Positions 1-9,257 are shown, numbered from the stretch's first letter. The stretch: 32,000 bases of DNA from Snuella sedimenti (GCF_016428595.1 NZ_JAELVQ010000006.1:149876-181875), one strand, 5' to 3'. Notes: a model not told the origin generated them from the sequence alone. Numbers and translations are program-made.

Positions 1-1758
1 GATTATCTCATCAACATCAACAACTTCTCCTAAATCCAATCGGAGTGCTCCTTTTTTTATCCGAAGATCGATATCATATTTTTTGGAAGGCCAAAATCCG
101 GTTGCCATATCACCATCAAACAGGTTTTTGTCCCAAATGCCTCGATCCACAAAAGCGGATTGCTCAAAAAAGGCGTCCCGGGCTTTTCTAACTTCCGGAA
201 TGGAAGTGTTTCCCGAACGATAGAGCGAACGGACTTCCAACGCATTATTATCGGCCGCAAACAAAGTGGCTTCGTATAAGGCCTCAGCATCTTCGGGAAT
301 ACTAATTTCATTAAACCCAGCTAACTTTCTATTCGGATCTAATTTTAATTGTTCTCCACCGAACCTTAGTTTAATATTTTTCCCTTGGACTAACTTTTTA
401 TCTTCTTTTCCGTTTATTAAAGCTGATTTGTAATCATTATACTTGTCAAGATTAATTGTTGCCTCAGATCCAGGCTCACCCACTACATCAATTAAAACAG
501 ATTTACCATTTACATTTCTAAGCACATTAAATGCTGCTCCTTTTATTAGAGGGTCATCATAATCTTCTGATGTTACCAGGTACATGGCGGAACGGAAAGG
601 AGCCACTTCTACAGGAATGTTATCATTATAGTTATACGTTCCTAGGTATTTTTCGTTTGGATGTAATTGAATTAATTTAACATCCGACGTGTTGGTCAAC
701 CCTATTTCCTTATTCAATGTTAATTGATATTCTACAGGTGACCAGGTTAAATTTCTTAGGGTAATGATTCGCGTTTTTTCATCTCCACGGGCAACCGCAT
801 TGGGGCCGTATTGCGCTTCAGGCAAAACCATACCGTTTACAAGAATATCCTTGTATTTCCTATGTACATTATAAATTCTCGCCAATTTGGGAAATTCGTC
901 ATCCCTTAAAAACCATGGATTCCCATAAATTTCTGGTGCAAGAATCAAACTTCTGTTAAATGCTTGCAAAACCAGATCGTCATCCCAATAATCGAGACAT
1001 GACGACAAACATACCCCATGATCTTCTGTTAAGCGTTGCAAGCCAGGCACCAAACCTCTTGATATGGCTCCTGCTCTATGATGAGGTGCTGTTACATCGT
1101 TGGTCATAAAAACATCGACATAGGTTTCAGCGCCGCCAAACAAAAATGTCGTAGCATAAGGCTTTCCTTTGTTTAATCCTAAGCGGTGATTCAACAGGAT
1201 GAGATCGGGGCTATACTTTCTGCTTTCCTGCATCATATGTATAAACGCATCTTCTTTTTCCGGACGCAATGGTCCGCAAACGGCATCGAACTTGAACAAG
1301 GCAAAATTGTAATCGCGGCAAAGGTCTACCATTTGGTCCGTACGCTCTTTTTCTTCTTCGGAACTATCTCCAAAACCATCGGGGCCACCCCAAACACCAA
1401 GACGAATACCTATGTCTGTTGCTTTTTTGTAGATAGAATCCAACCCATAAGGAAACTGGTTCTTAAACCGATCGGACTTTACACTTCCATAAAAACGTTT
1501 ACCATCAATGGCTCCAGCATCAAAGGCATAAATATCTAGTTGCATGCCGTACTCCTGCTTCAACCAGTTAAAAAAGTCCAGATTTATTTGCGTCTGTGCT
1601 TCTGTAGGTCCCTCATTAGTGTTATTTATCCACGAAAAATACTGTGCTCTTGAAGGTGTTTTTTCATCGGCTCCGGGATAAATCTTTTCTTGAGAATGGA
1701 AAGTTTGTACACACACCAACAAGGTAAGCACCAGCACAAGGCTTCTTGTGTTTTTCAT
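1..1758 (-). CDS. Secreted putative glycoside hydrolase (TIM-barrel, alpha-galactosidase/clan GH-D-like motif) with C-terminal discoidin (F5/8 type C)-like domain; partial, C-terminus lies beyond the left window edge
   Basis: Hand translation of the minus strand gives an uninterrupted frame of 586 codons from ATG (1758-1756) to base 1. It starts MKNTRSLVLVLTLLVCVQTFHSQEK (signal peptide). Internal ...CRDYNFALFKFDAVCG... resembles the (G)xDYxKxD nucleophile region of GH27/GH36 TIM barrels. The C-terminal ...FDGDMATGFWPSKKYDIDLRIKKGALRLDLGE looks like a discoidin-type CBM. It is missing from the ORF track only because no stop lies inside the window. The CDS call is firm; the family assignment is tentative. 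Confidence 0.75.
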   Translation of the reverse strand, partial: MKNTRSLVLVLTLLVCVQTFHSQEKIYPGADEKTPSRAQYFSWINNTNEGPTEAQTQINLDFFNWLKQEYGMQLDIYAFDAGAIDGKRFYGSVKSDRFKNQFPYGLDSIYKKATDIGIRLGVWGGPDGFGDSSEEEKERTDQMVDLCRDYNFALFKFDAVCGPLRPEKEDAFIHMMQESRKYSPDLILLNHRLGLNKGKPYATTFLFGGAETYVDVFMTNDVTAPHHRAGAISRGLVPGLQRLTEDHGVCLSSCLDYWDDDLVLQAFNRSLILAPEIYGNPWFLRDDEFPKLARIYNVHRKYKDILVNGMVLPEAQYGPNAVARGDEKTRIITLRNLTWSPVEYQLTLNKEIGLTNTSDVKLIQLHPNEKYLGTYNYNDNIPVEVAPFRSAMYLVTSEDYDDPLIKGAAFNVLRNVNGKSVLIDVVGEPGSEATINLDKYNDYKSALINGKEDKKLVQGKNIKLRFGGEQLKLDPNRKLAGFNEISIPEDAEALYEATLFAADNNALEVRSLYRSGNTSIPEVRKARDAFFEQSAFVDRGIWDKNLFDGDMATGFWPSKKYDIDLRIKKGALRLDLGEVVDVDEII

Positions 1759-1869
1759 AATGAAAAGTATTGTTATATAGTTATAGGAAAACATGCCTTT
1801 TGAAACGCCCTTTCTTATTGGAAACATCTCAAAAAAATGCATACATACATTAATATGTTCAGAATGAAT

Positions 1870-1893
1870 CTCTACCCCTGAATTGGGGTAGAG
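1870..1893 (-). terminator. Perfect 9-bp stem-loop between susD-1 and the downstream GH-like gene (possible weak terminator or processing element)
   Basis: CTCTACCCC (1870-1878) and GGGGTAGAG (1885-1893) are perfect complements with a 6-nt loop. The hairpin lies 44 nt after the susD-1 stop. There is no clear U-tract on either strand, so function and orientation are uncertain. Confidence 0.3.
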
Positions 1894-1936
1894 TATTCAA
1901 CTTAAACTAATCAAACATAATTACGAACTCAATGTT

Positions 1937-3607
1937 TTACCAGCCTGGATTTTGTTCCATACCTGTTACATCAATTTCAGCTTGTGGAATGGGCCATAAA
2001 CCATGTTTACCGGGATCGAAAGTACGCTCTCCCCATGTTAAGGTAACATCGTTTCCATTTTCATCTTTATAGGTTAATCCCTTAGGCACGCCTGGCATAA
2101 CATCCTTAGCAATATCCCAGCGTCTTATATCAAATAAACGTTGTCCTTCGAATGCCAATTCTACCCGTCTTTCCCGTCTTACGATCTCTCTTAGCTCGGC
2201 CTGGGAAAGTCCTGTAGGTATTTCAGGCATCATAACATCTGGCCTTTGTCTCACTTGATTAATAGCATCATAAACAGAGGCATCAATAGCACCGGCTTCA
2301 ATTTTTGATTCGGCATACATCAATAAGGCATCGGCATATCTCATAAGAATGTAATGTACGCCTCCATCCCAAACATTTGATACATCGATATCTTCATTCG
2401 AAATATATTTTAACCAGTTGTATCCTGTTGATGTTTTATTCCATTGACCACCTGTTCCGTCGGTTAGATCATCACCAGGAATTATGGTTTTTCCCGGATA
2501 AGTTGCTCCCGGAATGGTGTTATAAACCCCTCCACGCCAATCGGCTCCGGGATATAGTATTGAATACCCTAATCTTGGATCTCTGTTGTCATATGGATTC
2601 TCAGAATCGTATAAAGGGGAGTCTTCAATGGTTTTACCATCGGTAAGTTCGTAAGTATCTACCAGCGATTGCAAGGGACACGATACACTCCAGCCACCTA
2701 CGGAGTTCGGACCAAAATTTAACCAATAGAACTCACCTTCATCAACATCCTGTTTTACCTGTACATCCAAAATAACTTCGTTATTACCAATACCTTCATA
2801 AGTAAACAGGTTTTCATAACTAGGGTATAAACTATAAACACCTAGATCCATAAGTTCTTTGGATGCTGCGGCCGACTCAGTCCATTTTTCCTGCATTAAC
2901 AACATCTTAGCTTTTAAAAATAGAGCTGTTCCCCTGGTAACACGCCCTTTATCACTACCTCCATAGGTTAATGGTAAATCCATTTTAATGGCATCAAGTT
3001 CTTCTACCAAGGCATCCAAAATAATATTTCTATCGGTTCTTGCTGCTCCAGCCGCTGGTGTTAAACTTCCATCATCGTTTACTGTTGGTGTAAGTTCTTC
3101 TGGTGATATACTCGATGTTAAAAAAGGAACATCACCAAATAAATAGGTTAAGTCAAAATAAAAGTAGGCTCTTAGTACCTTAGCTTCCGCTAAAAGTCGG
3201 TCTTTAAAATCGGGATTGATATCGGTAACCCCATCGGCACCTTCCAAAATTCTGTTAACCCGTTGAATGCCTTTATAGCGTTCTCTCCAACGCGCTGTAG
3301 AATACCCTTCGCTTGCTCCTGCTGTTCCATCTGCCAATCGGTATGCCGGGTCCCATGAATGATGATCAATAGCGTCATCGGTTACTATATCCAAACGTAG
3401 CATATCGGTTCCTCTTCCCCATTCTCCCCAATCGTTAAATCCAAGTACATTATAAGCTGCATTAACCGCAAATACCAAATCTTTTTCCTGTTTAAAAAAG
3501 GTTGCTGTTGAAATAGCATCACTCGGTGATTTTTCTAAAAAAGAATCATCACAACTTACTATAAAGACTATAGTAAGTAAGGTAAAAATATATCTATATT
3601 GTTTCAT
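1937..3607 (-). CDS. SusD/RagB-family nutrient-binding outer-membrane lipoprotein (module 1)
   Basis: 556 aa. Lipoprotein signal LLTIVFIVSC followed by an acidic DDSF surface-export-like segment. SusD-like conserved C-terminal block ...YADALLMYAESKIE...RRERRVELAFEGQRLFDIRRW... The gene lies directly downstream of a SusC gene. Confidence 0.93.
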   Translation of the reverse strand: MKQYRYIFTLLTIVFIVSCDDSFLEKSPSDAISTATFFKQEKDLVFAVNAAYNVLGFNDWGEWGRGTDMLRLDIVTDDAIDHHSWDPAYRLADGTAGASEGYSTARWRERYKGIQRVNRILEGADGVTDINPDFKDRLLAEAKVLRAYFYFDLTYLFGDVPFLTSSISPEELTPTVNDDGSLTPAAGAARTDRNIILDALVEELDAIKMDLPLTYGGSDKGRVTRGTALFLKAKMLLMQEKWTESAAASKELMDLGVYSLYPSYENLFTYEGIGNNEVILDVQVKQDVDEGEFYWLNFGPNSVGGWSVSCPLQSLVDTYELTDGKTIEDSPLYDSENPYDNRDPRLGYSILYPGADWRGGVYNTIPGATYPGKTIIPGDDLTDGTGGQWNKTSTGYNWLKYISNEDIDVSNVWDGGVHYILMRYADALLMYAESKIEAGAIDASVYDAINQVRQRPDVMMPEIPTGLSQAELREIVRRERRVELAFEGQRLFDIRRWDIAKDVMPGVPKGLTYKDENGNDVTLTWGERTFDPGKHGLWPIPQAEIDVTGMEQNPGW

Positions 3608-3721
3608 GTGTTTATATTTATTGTTTTCAAATTGTCACATGTAACATCCATATGATCATTCCGTTGTGTTTCGAAATTTAGCCATGGATGTTTCATTTTC
3701 TAAAATTTAAGTTTTGAATAA

Positions 3722-6700
3722 TTAAAATGCCAATTGCACGCCAATCGTATACGTTGATGTAGGTGGATAATAATTTACTCTACCACTATACGTTTCAGGA
3801 TCCAGGCCAGACTCTACATCTGTAATTGTAAACAGGTTTGTTGCTCCGGTATAAATTCTAGCCTTTGATAACTTTAACTTATCCAATATGTTTTTGTTGA
3901 ATGAATACCCAACTTGAATATTTTTAAGTCTTAAGTACGAGGCATCACGTATCCAAAAATCATTATATAAAAAGTTATTCTTATTTGAAGCTGCTTCCAA
4001 TCTTGGGAAGGATGCATTTGGATTGTCTGGTGTCCATCTGTCTAAAACCCTAGTGGTCGTAAATATTTCAAAAGCCGGTCCTTCATTGGTTGCTCCATAA
4101 AAATAGTTTTCGGCCTTAGCTACTCCTTGCAAAAAGAAATTAATATCGAATCCCTTATAATCTGCCGAAAAATTAAAACTGTACTCATATCTAGGATTTG
4201 GATTTCCTATAATGGTTCTATCATCATCATTAATTTCTCCGTCACCATTTAAGTCTACTAACTTAATATCTCCCGGTTTTAACTCGGATTGGTTAGGCTG
4301 AGGTGCATGGTTATCAATCTCTTCCTGAGTTTGAAACAGCCCGTCTGATTTATAACCGTAAAATGACCACATAGGCTCACCCTCTTTCAATACGCTCCAA
4401 GCACTTATTGAAGGAGGTAAACCTCCAAAATTTGTTAGTTCGTTCTTAATATCGGTAATATTAAAGCCCATTGCATATTTAAATTCATGATCCCTGTTTT
4501 TATAGTTCAATGATAGCTCCCATCCTTTATTACTCACACTACCTATGTTAATTTCGGAAGACCCAAGCCCTACTAAAGGCGATATAGGCAAGTTTAGCAA
4601 CATATCTTTTGTTTTTTTGTGGAACCAATCGGCTGTAATACCCAATTTCCCTCTAAACAACAAAAGGTCTATTCCTATATCGGTTTGCTCTGAGGTTTCC
4701 CAGGTAATATCCTCGTTAGCATAAGTGCTTTGAGAATAACCGTTAACCTGAACATCGTTAAAACTATAGCTATAGTTCGTATTTATATTTGATGCGAACC
4801 TGTACAATCCTATGTTTTGGTTACCTAGTTGTCCCCACGACCCTCTAAACTTTAAGTGTTGAATGGCAGAGATATTACTCATGAAATCTTCATTTGAAAT
4901 AACCCAACCTCCTGAAAAGGATGGGAAAGTACCCCACTTATGACCTTCTGCAAACCTTGAAGAGCCATCATGCCTAATATTGGCTTCAAATAGGTATTTG
5001 TCTTTAAAAGAATAATTAATACGTCCTAAATAAGAAAGTAAAGCCCAGTCTTCACTATAACCAGCATTATCTTTGGATACAATATCACCTGTATTTAGCT
5101 CAGGAGAATCTTCATTATAAATATTTTGTCGACTCGCCCATAAGTAATTGCCAGCATTTTCTATTCTTTCTATTCCTCCTAAGACATTAAATGCATGTTC
5201 ATCACCTATTGTAACTTCATAATTTAATATACTTTTTAATTTATGCCGCGTTTCTTCCCACCGGCTTTCGGACAACTCATTTGGCGTCCATCGGTGCACA
5301 ACATTCGTTAAATCGTTAGGGTCTTTAAAATCAAAGCTCGCCTTAAAATTCTTATTTCTTATGTGTGTTCTTAAATAAGTGTAGTCTGTAGATAGCTTCA
5401 AACCTTTAAGTAAGTCCCAATCCAATCCTAAGTTAAGGCTCAAAGCTTCCGACACTCTTAAGTTTGTACCACTCTCCTTTAAAGCTGCCAGGGCATTGGT
5501 ATTATCCTTATTTAAACCATAGGCTCCATTAGGATATTGTAGTACGTTAACCGGAGAACTCCCAACTATAGCACCTATAGCTTCATCAAACCTATTTGGT
5601 TTTCTGGCTTCTCTGCTGTTAAAATAAATGTTTCCTCTTAACCTAAAGGCATCACTTAATTTTAGATCGGTATTTAGCCTGGTTCCTATTCTTTCACTAC
5701 CGGTGTTATACAGCATACCATCCTGATCCAGATAATTCACCGATAGTGCGATCCTAGCTAATTCGGATCCGCCCCGAACACTAAGGGAGTGATTTTGAAC
5801 AGGTGCCGACTTAAATAACTCTTCAAACATATCAGTATATGGATAAGCTATAGGATCGGCCCCAGAAATGGTGTTTTGAATATATTCGTCTGAATATTTC
5901 TCAGGAAGTCCGGCATTAACCAAAGCTTCATTTACTAAATTTAAATAGTCCTCGGGTCCCACCAATTCTGGCAACGTGGCTGTTGTTTGCCACCCGGTAT
6001 AACTATCGAGGTTTATTCTAAGCTTTCCTTCTTTACCTCTTTTTGTGGTAATTAACACAACTCCATTGGCGGCTCTGGAACCATATATAGATGAAGATGC
6101 GGCATCTTTTAACACAGAGATACTTTCAATATCCTGCATATTAATCTCACTGATAGGCGATTCGATCCCGTCTATTAAAACCAAAGGATCGGTACCGGCA
6201 GACACAGAACCATTACCTCTAATCTTAAAGGATAGGGTCTCTCCTCCTGGCGACCCTCCACGGTCTATAATAGTTAAACCTGTTGCAACACCTTGCAACG
6301 CCTGACGCGCATCGGTTAATGGCTTTGTCGTTAGCTCATCTCCCTTGATAGAAGAAACAGCACCAGTTAAATTAGCCTTCTTTTGAGTCGCATATCCAAC
6401 CACTACAACTTCGTTTAAACCCTGAGCTTCTTCTTGTAATATTGCATTGATTTCAGTTTGGTTTCCAACCTCAATCTCTTTAGTTACAAAACCTAAAAAT
6501 CGATACACCAAAACTGATTGGGAGCTTGACACTGCAATAGAATAATGTCCATCAAAATCGACCTGAACCCCTTTAGTTTCATCGCCCTTAACTGTGACAG
6601 TCGCCCCAGGAAGGGGTTGTCCATCCTGATCTGTGACAGTTCCCTTTACTTCAATTTGCTGTTGGTTTTCACTGCTAACTTCTTCTTTTTCCTTCTCCTT

Positions 6701-7054
6701 AATTACAATTGTATTGTTTTGCGTTAACTCAAAGTTAAGAGCATTCTCATTCAAACAAAGGTTTAATAGTTTACTTAACTCTATAACGCCTTTCTTTAAT
6801 TGTACTTTTGGACTGTCCTTAAATAAACTCTTGGGGTAAATAAAACGATAATCTGTTTGTTTTTTAATGATTTTAAATACTTGATCAACCATAATGAGCT
6901 GATCTTTTTCTATTATTACCTTTTCCTGAGCAAAAGAACTTTTGGTTGTAAAGCTAAAAACTGTAGCACACAATAAAAAGATAAACGTTTTCATAATCAT
7001 GAGTAACAACCGTTTTCGGATTTGAAAACGGACATTAATTAATTTAATTTCCAT
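3722..7054 (-). CDS. SusC/RagA-type TonB-dependent transporter with N-terminal STN signalling domain (transducer type, module 1)
   Basis: 1110 aa with a long N-terminal signal region. An STN-like segment (about aa 50-120) is followed by a carboxypeptidase-regulatory-like domain (VTDQDGQPLPGATVTVKGD). Plug motifs are present (VVVVGYATQKK, SISVLKDAASSSIYGSRAANGVVLITTKRG). The barrel ends ...IGVQLAF. It is paired with FecR upstream and SusD downstream. Confidence 0.95.
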   Translation of the reverse strand: MEIKLINVRFQIRKRLLLMIMKTFIFLLCATVFSFTTKSSFAQEKVIIEKDQLIMVDQVFKIIKKQTDYRFIYPKSLFKDSPKVQLKKGVIELSKLLNLCLNENALNFELTQNNTIVIKEKEKEEVSSENQQQIEVKGTVTDQDGQPLPGATVTVKGDETKGVQVDFDGHYSIAVSSSQSVLVYRFLGFVTKEIEVGNQTEINAILQEEAQGLNEVVVVGYATQKKANLTGAVSSIKGDELTTKPLTDARQALQGVATGLTIIDRGGSPGGETLSFKIRGNGSVSAGTDPLVLIDGIESPISEINMQDIESISVLKDAASSSIYGSRAANGVVLITTKRGKEGKLRINLDSYTGWQTTATLPELVGPEDYLNLVNEALVNAGLPEKYSDEYIQNTISGADPIAYPYTDMFEELFKSAPVQNHSLSVRGGSELARIALSVNYLDQDGMLYNTGSERIGTRLNTDLKLSDAFRLRGNIYFNSREARKPNRFDEAIGAIVGSSPVNVLQYPNGAYGLNKDNTNALAALKESGTNLRVSEALSLNLGLDWDLLKGLKLSTDYTYLRTHIRNKNFKASFDFKDPNDLTNVVHRWTPNELSESRWEETRHKLKSILNYEVTIGDEHAFNVLGGIERIENAGNYLWASRQNIYNEDSPELNTGDIVSKDNAGYSEDWALLSYLGRINYSFKDKYLFEANIRHDGSSRFAEGHKWGTFPSFSGGWVISNEDFMSNISAIQHLKFRGSWGQLGNQNIGLYRFASNINTNYSYSFNDVQVNGYSQSTYANEDITWETSEQTDIGIDLLLFRGKLGITADWFHKKTKDMLLNLPISPLVGLGSSEINIGSVSNKGWELSLNYKNRDHEFKYAMGFNITDIKNELTNFGGLPPSISAWSVLKEGEPMWSFYGYKSDGLFQTQEEIDNHAPQPNQSELKPGDIKLVDLNGDGEINDDDRTIIGNPNPRYEYSFNFSADYKGFDINFFLQGVAKAENYFYGATNEGPAFEIFTTTRVLDRWTPDNPNASFPRLEAASNKNNFLYNDFWIRDASYLRLKNIQVGYSFNKNILDKLKLSKARIYTGATNLFTITDVESGLDPETYSGRVNYYPPTSTYTIGVQLAF

Positions 7055-7061
7055 AAATTTG
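7054..7061 (+). promoter_or_regulatory. Exact Bacteroidota -7 promoter consensus (TAnnTTTG) on the plus strand, overlapping the susC-1 start codon
   Basis: TAAATTTG at 7054-7061. Its first T is the complement of the A of the susC-1 ATG. An identical 8-mer occupies the identical position at susC-2 (20414-20421). I found no convincing -33 TTTG/TTG at the expected spacing. Confidence 0.3.
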
Positions 7062-7100
7062 TTGGGTGTTAGTTAAACATTTAATTAATACGACATAAAG

Positions 7101-7151
7101 GGAGAGAAAGTTAGATACCGCCAAATGTCTGTGCTTCTCTCCTCTTTTTTT
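7101..7151 (+). terminator. Intrinsic-terminator-like hairpin plus T7 run, canonical only for a plus-strand (antisense) transcript, in the fecR-1/susC-1 spacer
   Basis: GGAGAGAA (7101-7108) pairs with TTCTCTCC (7135-7142). An inner helix AGATA (7113-7117)/TGTCT (7126-7130) contains a T-G pair that is allowed only in plus-strand RNA. The hairpin is followed by TCTTTTTTT (7143-7151). On the minus strand the homopolymer precedes the hairpin as an A-tract. Confidence 0.45.
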
Positions 7152-8316
7152 ATTCTAATATTAGTTTTTTATCTTGAATCTCATAGGCTGTAATTTTTCC
7201 GAAATTTTTAATACTTGCTAATATCTCTTCTATTTTTTGGTCTTTTCCTAGCATTCCGTTAAACTCTTCTTTTTCCAATTCAGGGTTCTTAAATACCACC
7301 TCCATATCATACCATCGCGCCAAAACGCGCATTATATCCTTAAGCGACTTTTCATCAAAACTAAATACGCCTTCTTTCCACGAAATCTCATTGTACACAT
7401 CAACAGTTGCTACCGAAATATTTTTTGTTTCAAGGTCGAGATTTGATTGCTGATTAGGTATTAAGTTTTGTTTGTTTCCTTCAAAACTTACAGCTACCTT
7501 GCCTTCTACCAAGGTTGTATAAACATGGGACTCATCTTTATATGCCTTTACATTAAATTGAGTCCCAAGCACCTGAATTTCTTGTTTATTATTAAGCACC
7601 TTAAACCCTGCTCCTTTATGAGCTGAGCTTGGGGATACTTCAAAGTAAGCCTCTCCATAAACCAACTCTACTTCACGTAGCTTACCTTCTGTAAAACTTA
7701 CAGGGTATTTTAATTGGGATTCTGAATTTAACCATACTTTAGTTCCGTCGGATAGTGTCATGAAGAATTGACCGCCTCTGGGAATTGTTAAGTAATTGTA
7801 TTCAACAGCTTTATTTGCTTTCTTTTTTGACACATAAACAAGTGCCTCTCCATTACTGCTTACATTATCATCTTGGTAACTTGTTCCTTTTTCTAAGGCT
7901 ACATTGGCACCATTAGCCAGCGTAAGCGTCGCTTTATCGGTACCTATTTCAATATTATTAATATTAACAATGATTGGTTCAATACGCTCTGTCTCACTTT
8001 CTTTATTTAAGAATATGGTTAATGTTACCATAAGAGCAACGGAAGCTGCCGCTGCATACTTAAACCAAGGCTTCTTGAAGATTACAACACCGGTTTTTGT
8101 TTGCTTCTTTTGTGCCTTTAATAAAACCTCATCCCAAGCATTGTCTTTATCGATGGTATTGTATTCTGATATTTTATCTGCAAAACTTTCAAAATCAACA
8201 TCCTTTACAAAGGGATATGTTTTTCTAAATTGTTTTAATTGCTCTTTACCTGTTGCGCTTAAAACTTTTAGTTTTTTCTTAATTATTAGTCTTGATATCT
8301 GAAATATATCATTCAT
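7150..8316 (-). CDS. FecR-family anti-sigma factor / transmembrane sensor (module 1)
   Basis: 388 aa with a single TM helix (WFKYAAAASVALMVTLTIFL). FecR domain (TIPRGGQFFMTLSDGTKVWLNSESQLKYP...VELVYGEAYFEV). C-terminal DUF4974-like segment (SLKDIMRVLARWYDMEVVF). It sits between the ECF sigma and the STN-SusC genes. Confidence 0.93.
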   Translation of the reverse strand: MNDIFQISRLIIKKKLKVLSATGKEQLKQFRKTYPFVKDVDFESFADKISEYNTIDKDNAWDEVLLKAQKKQTKTGVVIFKKPWFKYAAAASVALMVTLTIFLNKESETERIEPIIVNINNIEIGTDKATLTLANGANVALEKGTSYQDDNVSSNGEALVYVSKKKANKAVEYNYLTIPRGGQFFMTLSDGTKVWLNSESQLKYPVSFTEGKLREVELVYGEAYFEVSPSSAHKGAGFKVLNNKQEIQVLGTQFNVKAYKDESHVYTTLVEGKVAVSFEGNKQNLIPNQQSNLDLETKNISVATVDVYNEISWKEGVFSFDEKSLKDIMRVLARWYDMEVVFKNPELEKEEFNGMLGKDQKIEEILASIKNFGKITAYEIQDKKLILE

Positions 8317-8523
8317 TCCATTAATGCATTTACATATAGAACAACCAATAATTAAAAAGGTACTATTAAAATTTAAACTTTTTTAAAAAAAAACTTAACC
8401 CTTGTGTGATTTTGAGGAACGAAAAATTCACTCAAAATGGCATATTCTTACTGTTTTGATTCAAAATGAACAACGGGTAAAATTCAATTTTTTGTTACCT
8501 CTGAAACAAATAAAGTCGTGCAA

Positions 8524-9045
8524 CTACGTCAATAAGAAGTAGATAATTGTTTCCATATCTTTAAACTGCTCTCGTAGTATTTTATAGGATTGCGACTTTA
8601 AAGTTTTAACCGTTTGTAATTTAATATCCAGGACTTCTGCTATTTCTGCATTTTTTAAACCTTTAAGGCTTAGTTGAATGATTTGCCGTTTTCTATCGGG
8701 AAGTACCTCAATAGCTTTATGCAACTGTCTAACAATCTCTTCTTCCAAGACTTGCTTTAAAAATAAATTATCATCTTCAACCGACAATAATGCACTTTCG
8801 GCATAACGTTCTTTTACTTTGTTATGTTTAATAATATTATAACATTTATTTCTGGTAACTTTATAGAGATATACTTTTAAGGACACCTCATCTGGAAAAC
8901 TTTGATCTTTCTCCCAAAGACTTACAAAAATATCTTGCACTAAATCTTCACACTCATCTTTAAAGATCAAAAAGCGATTTGCATATATTACGAGTGCCTC
9001 ATAATATGTGTAAAATATTTTTTTTAAATCACTTTTAGTAAGCAC
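8524..9045 (-). CDS. ECF (sigma-70 family) RNA polymerase sigma factor (module 1)
   Basis: 173 aa. The start is GTG, with no nearby in-frame ATG. Region 2 (EDLVQDIFVSLWEK) and a region 4 HTH (LKNAEIAEVLDIKLQTVKTLKSQSYKILR) are present. The gene is upstream of FecR. Confidence 0.9.
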   Translation of the reverse strand: MLTKSDLKKIFYTYYEALVIYANRFLIFKDECEDLVQDIFVSLWEKDQSFPDEVSLKVYLYKVTRNKCYNIIKHNKVKERYAESALLSVEDDNLFLKQVLEEEIVRQLHKAIEVLPDRKRQIIQLSLKGLKNAEIAEVLDIKLQTVKTLKSQSYKILREQFKDMETIIYFLLT

Positions 9046-9219
9046 CTTAGATTTATAGATTAAAAGTTTTATTAAGTCTGTTTATATCTTGGAGGCTGTA
9101 AATTAACTAAATAATAATGAATTAACATATTTTGATATACTCCTTTTGTTGCATACGTCCTGATTAATTATCTCCTTGTTAGATACAACAACCAAAATAT
9201 ACTATTTACACTATGCCCT

Positions 9220-9257
9220 AAAAAAAGAACCACCATAATTTATAATTAGGCGGTTCC
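9220..9257 (-). terminator. Rho-independent terminator of the saccharopine dehydrogenase / kinase / small-protein transcription unit
   Basis: The minus-strand RNA reads GGAACCGCC, a 14-nt loop, GGUGGUUCU, then U7. The stem has 9 pairs including two G-U pairs that would be A-C mismatches on the plus strand. It begins about 21 nt after the stop of the 9279-9599 CDS. Confidence 0.8.

Noticed and set aside
1912-1919. A minus-strand TATGTTTG (TAnnTTTG match) just after the susD-1 stop, as a possible promoter for the GH-like gene.
   Set aside because: This is a single short AT-rich motif match with no -33 element. It lies upstream of a hairpin and about 150 nt from the ATG. Such 8-mers are expected by chance at many places in AT-rich DNA.
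8317-8523. Long (207 nt) sigma-1/fecR-1 spacer with an 8-bp inverted repeat (ATTTTGAG 8409-8416 / CTCAAAAT 8431-8438) and A/T homopolymer runs. It could hold an sRNA or small ORF.
   Set aside because: There is no promoter motif, no canonical terminator geometry on either strand, and no ORF longer than a few codons. Module 2 has a non-homologous 120-nt spacer. Nothing is supportable.
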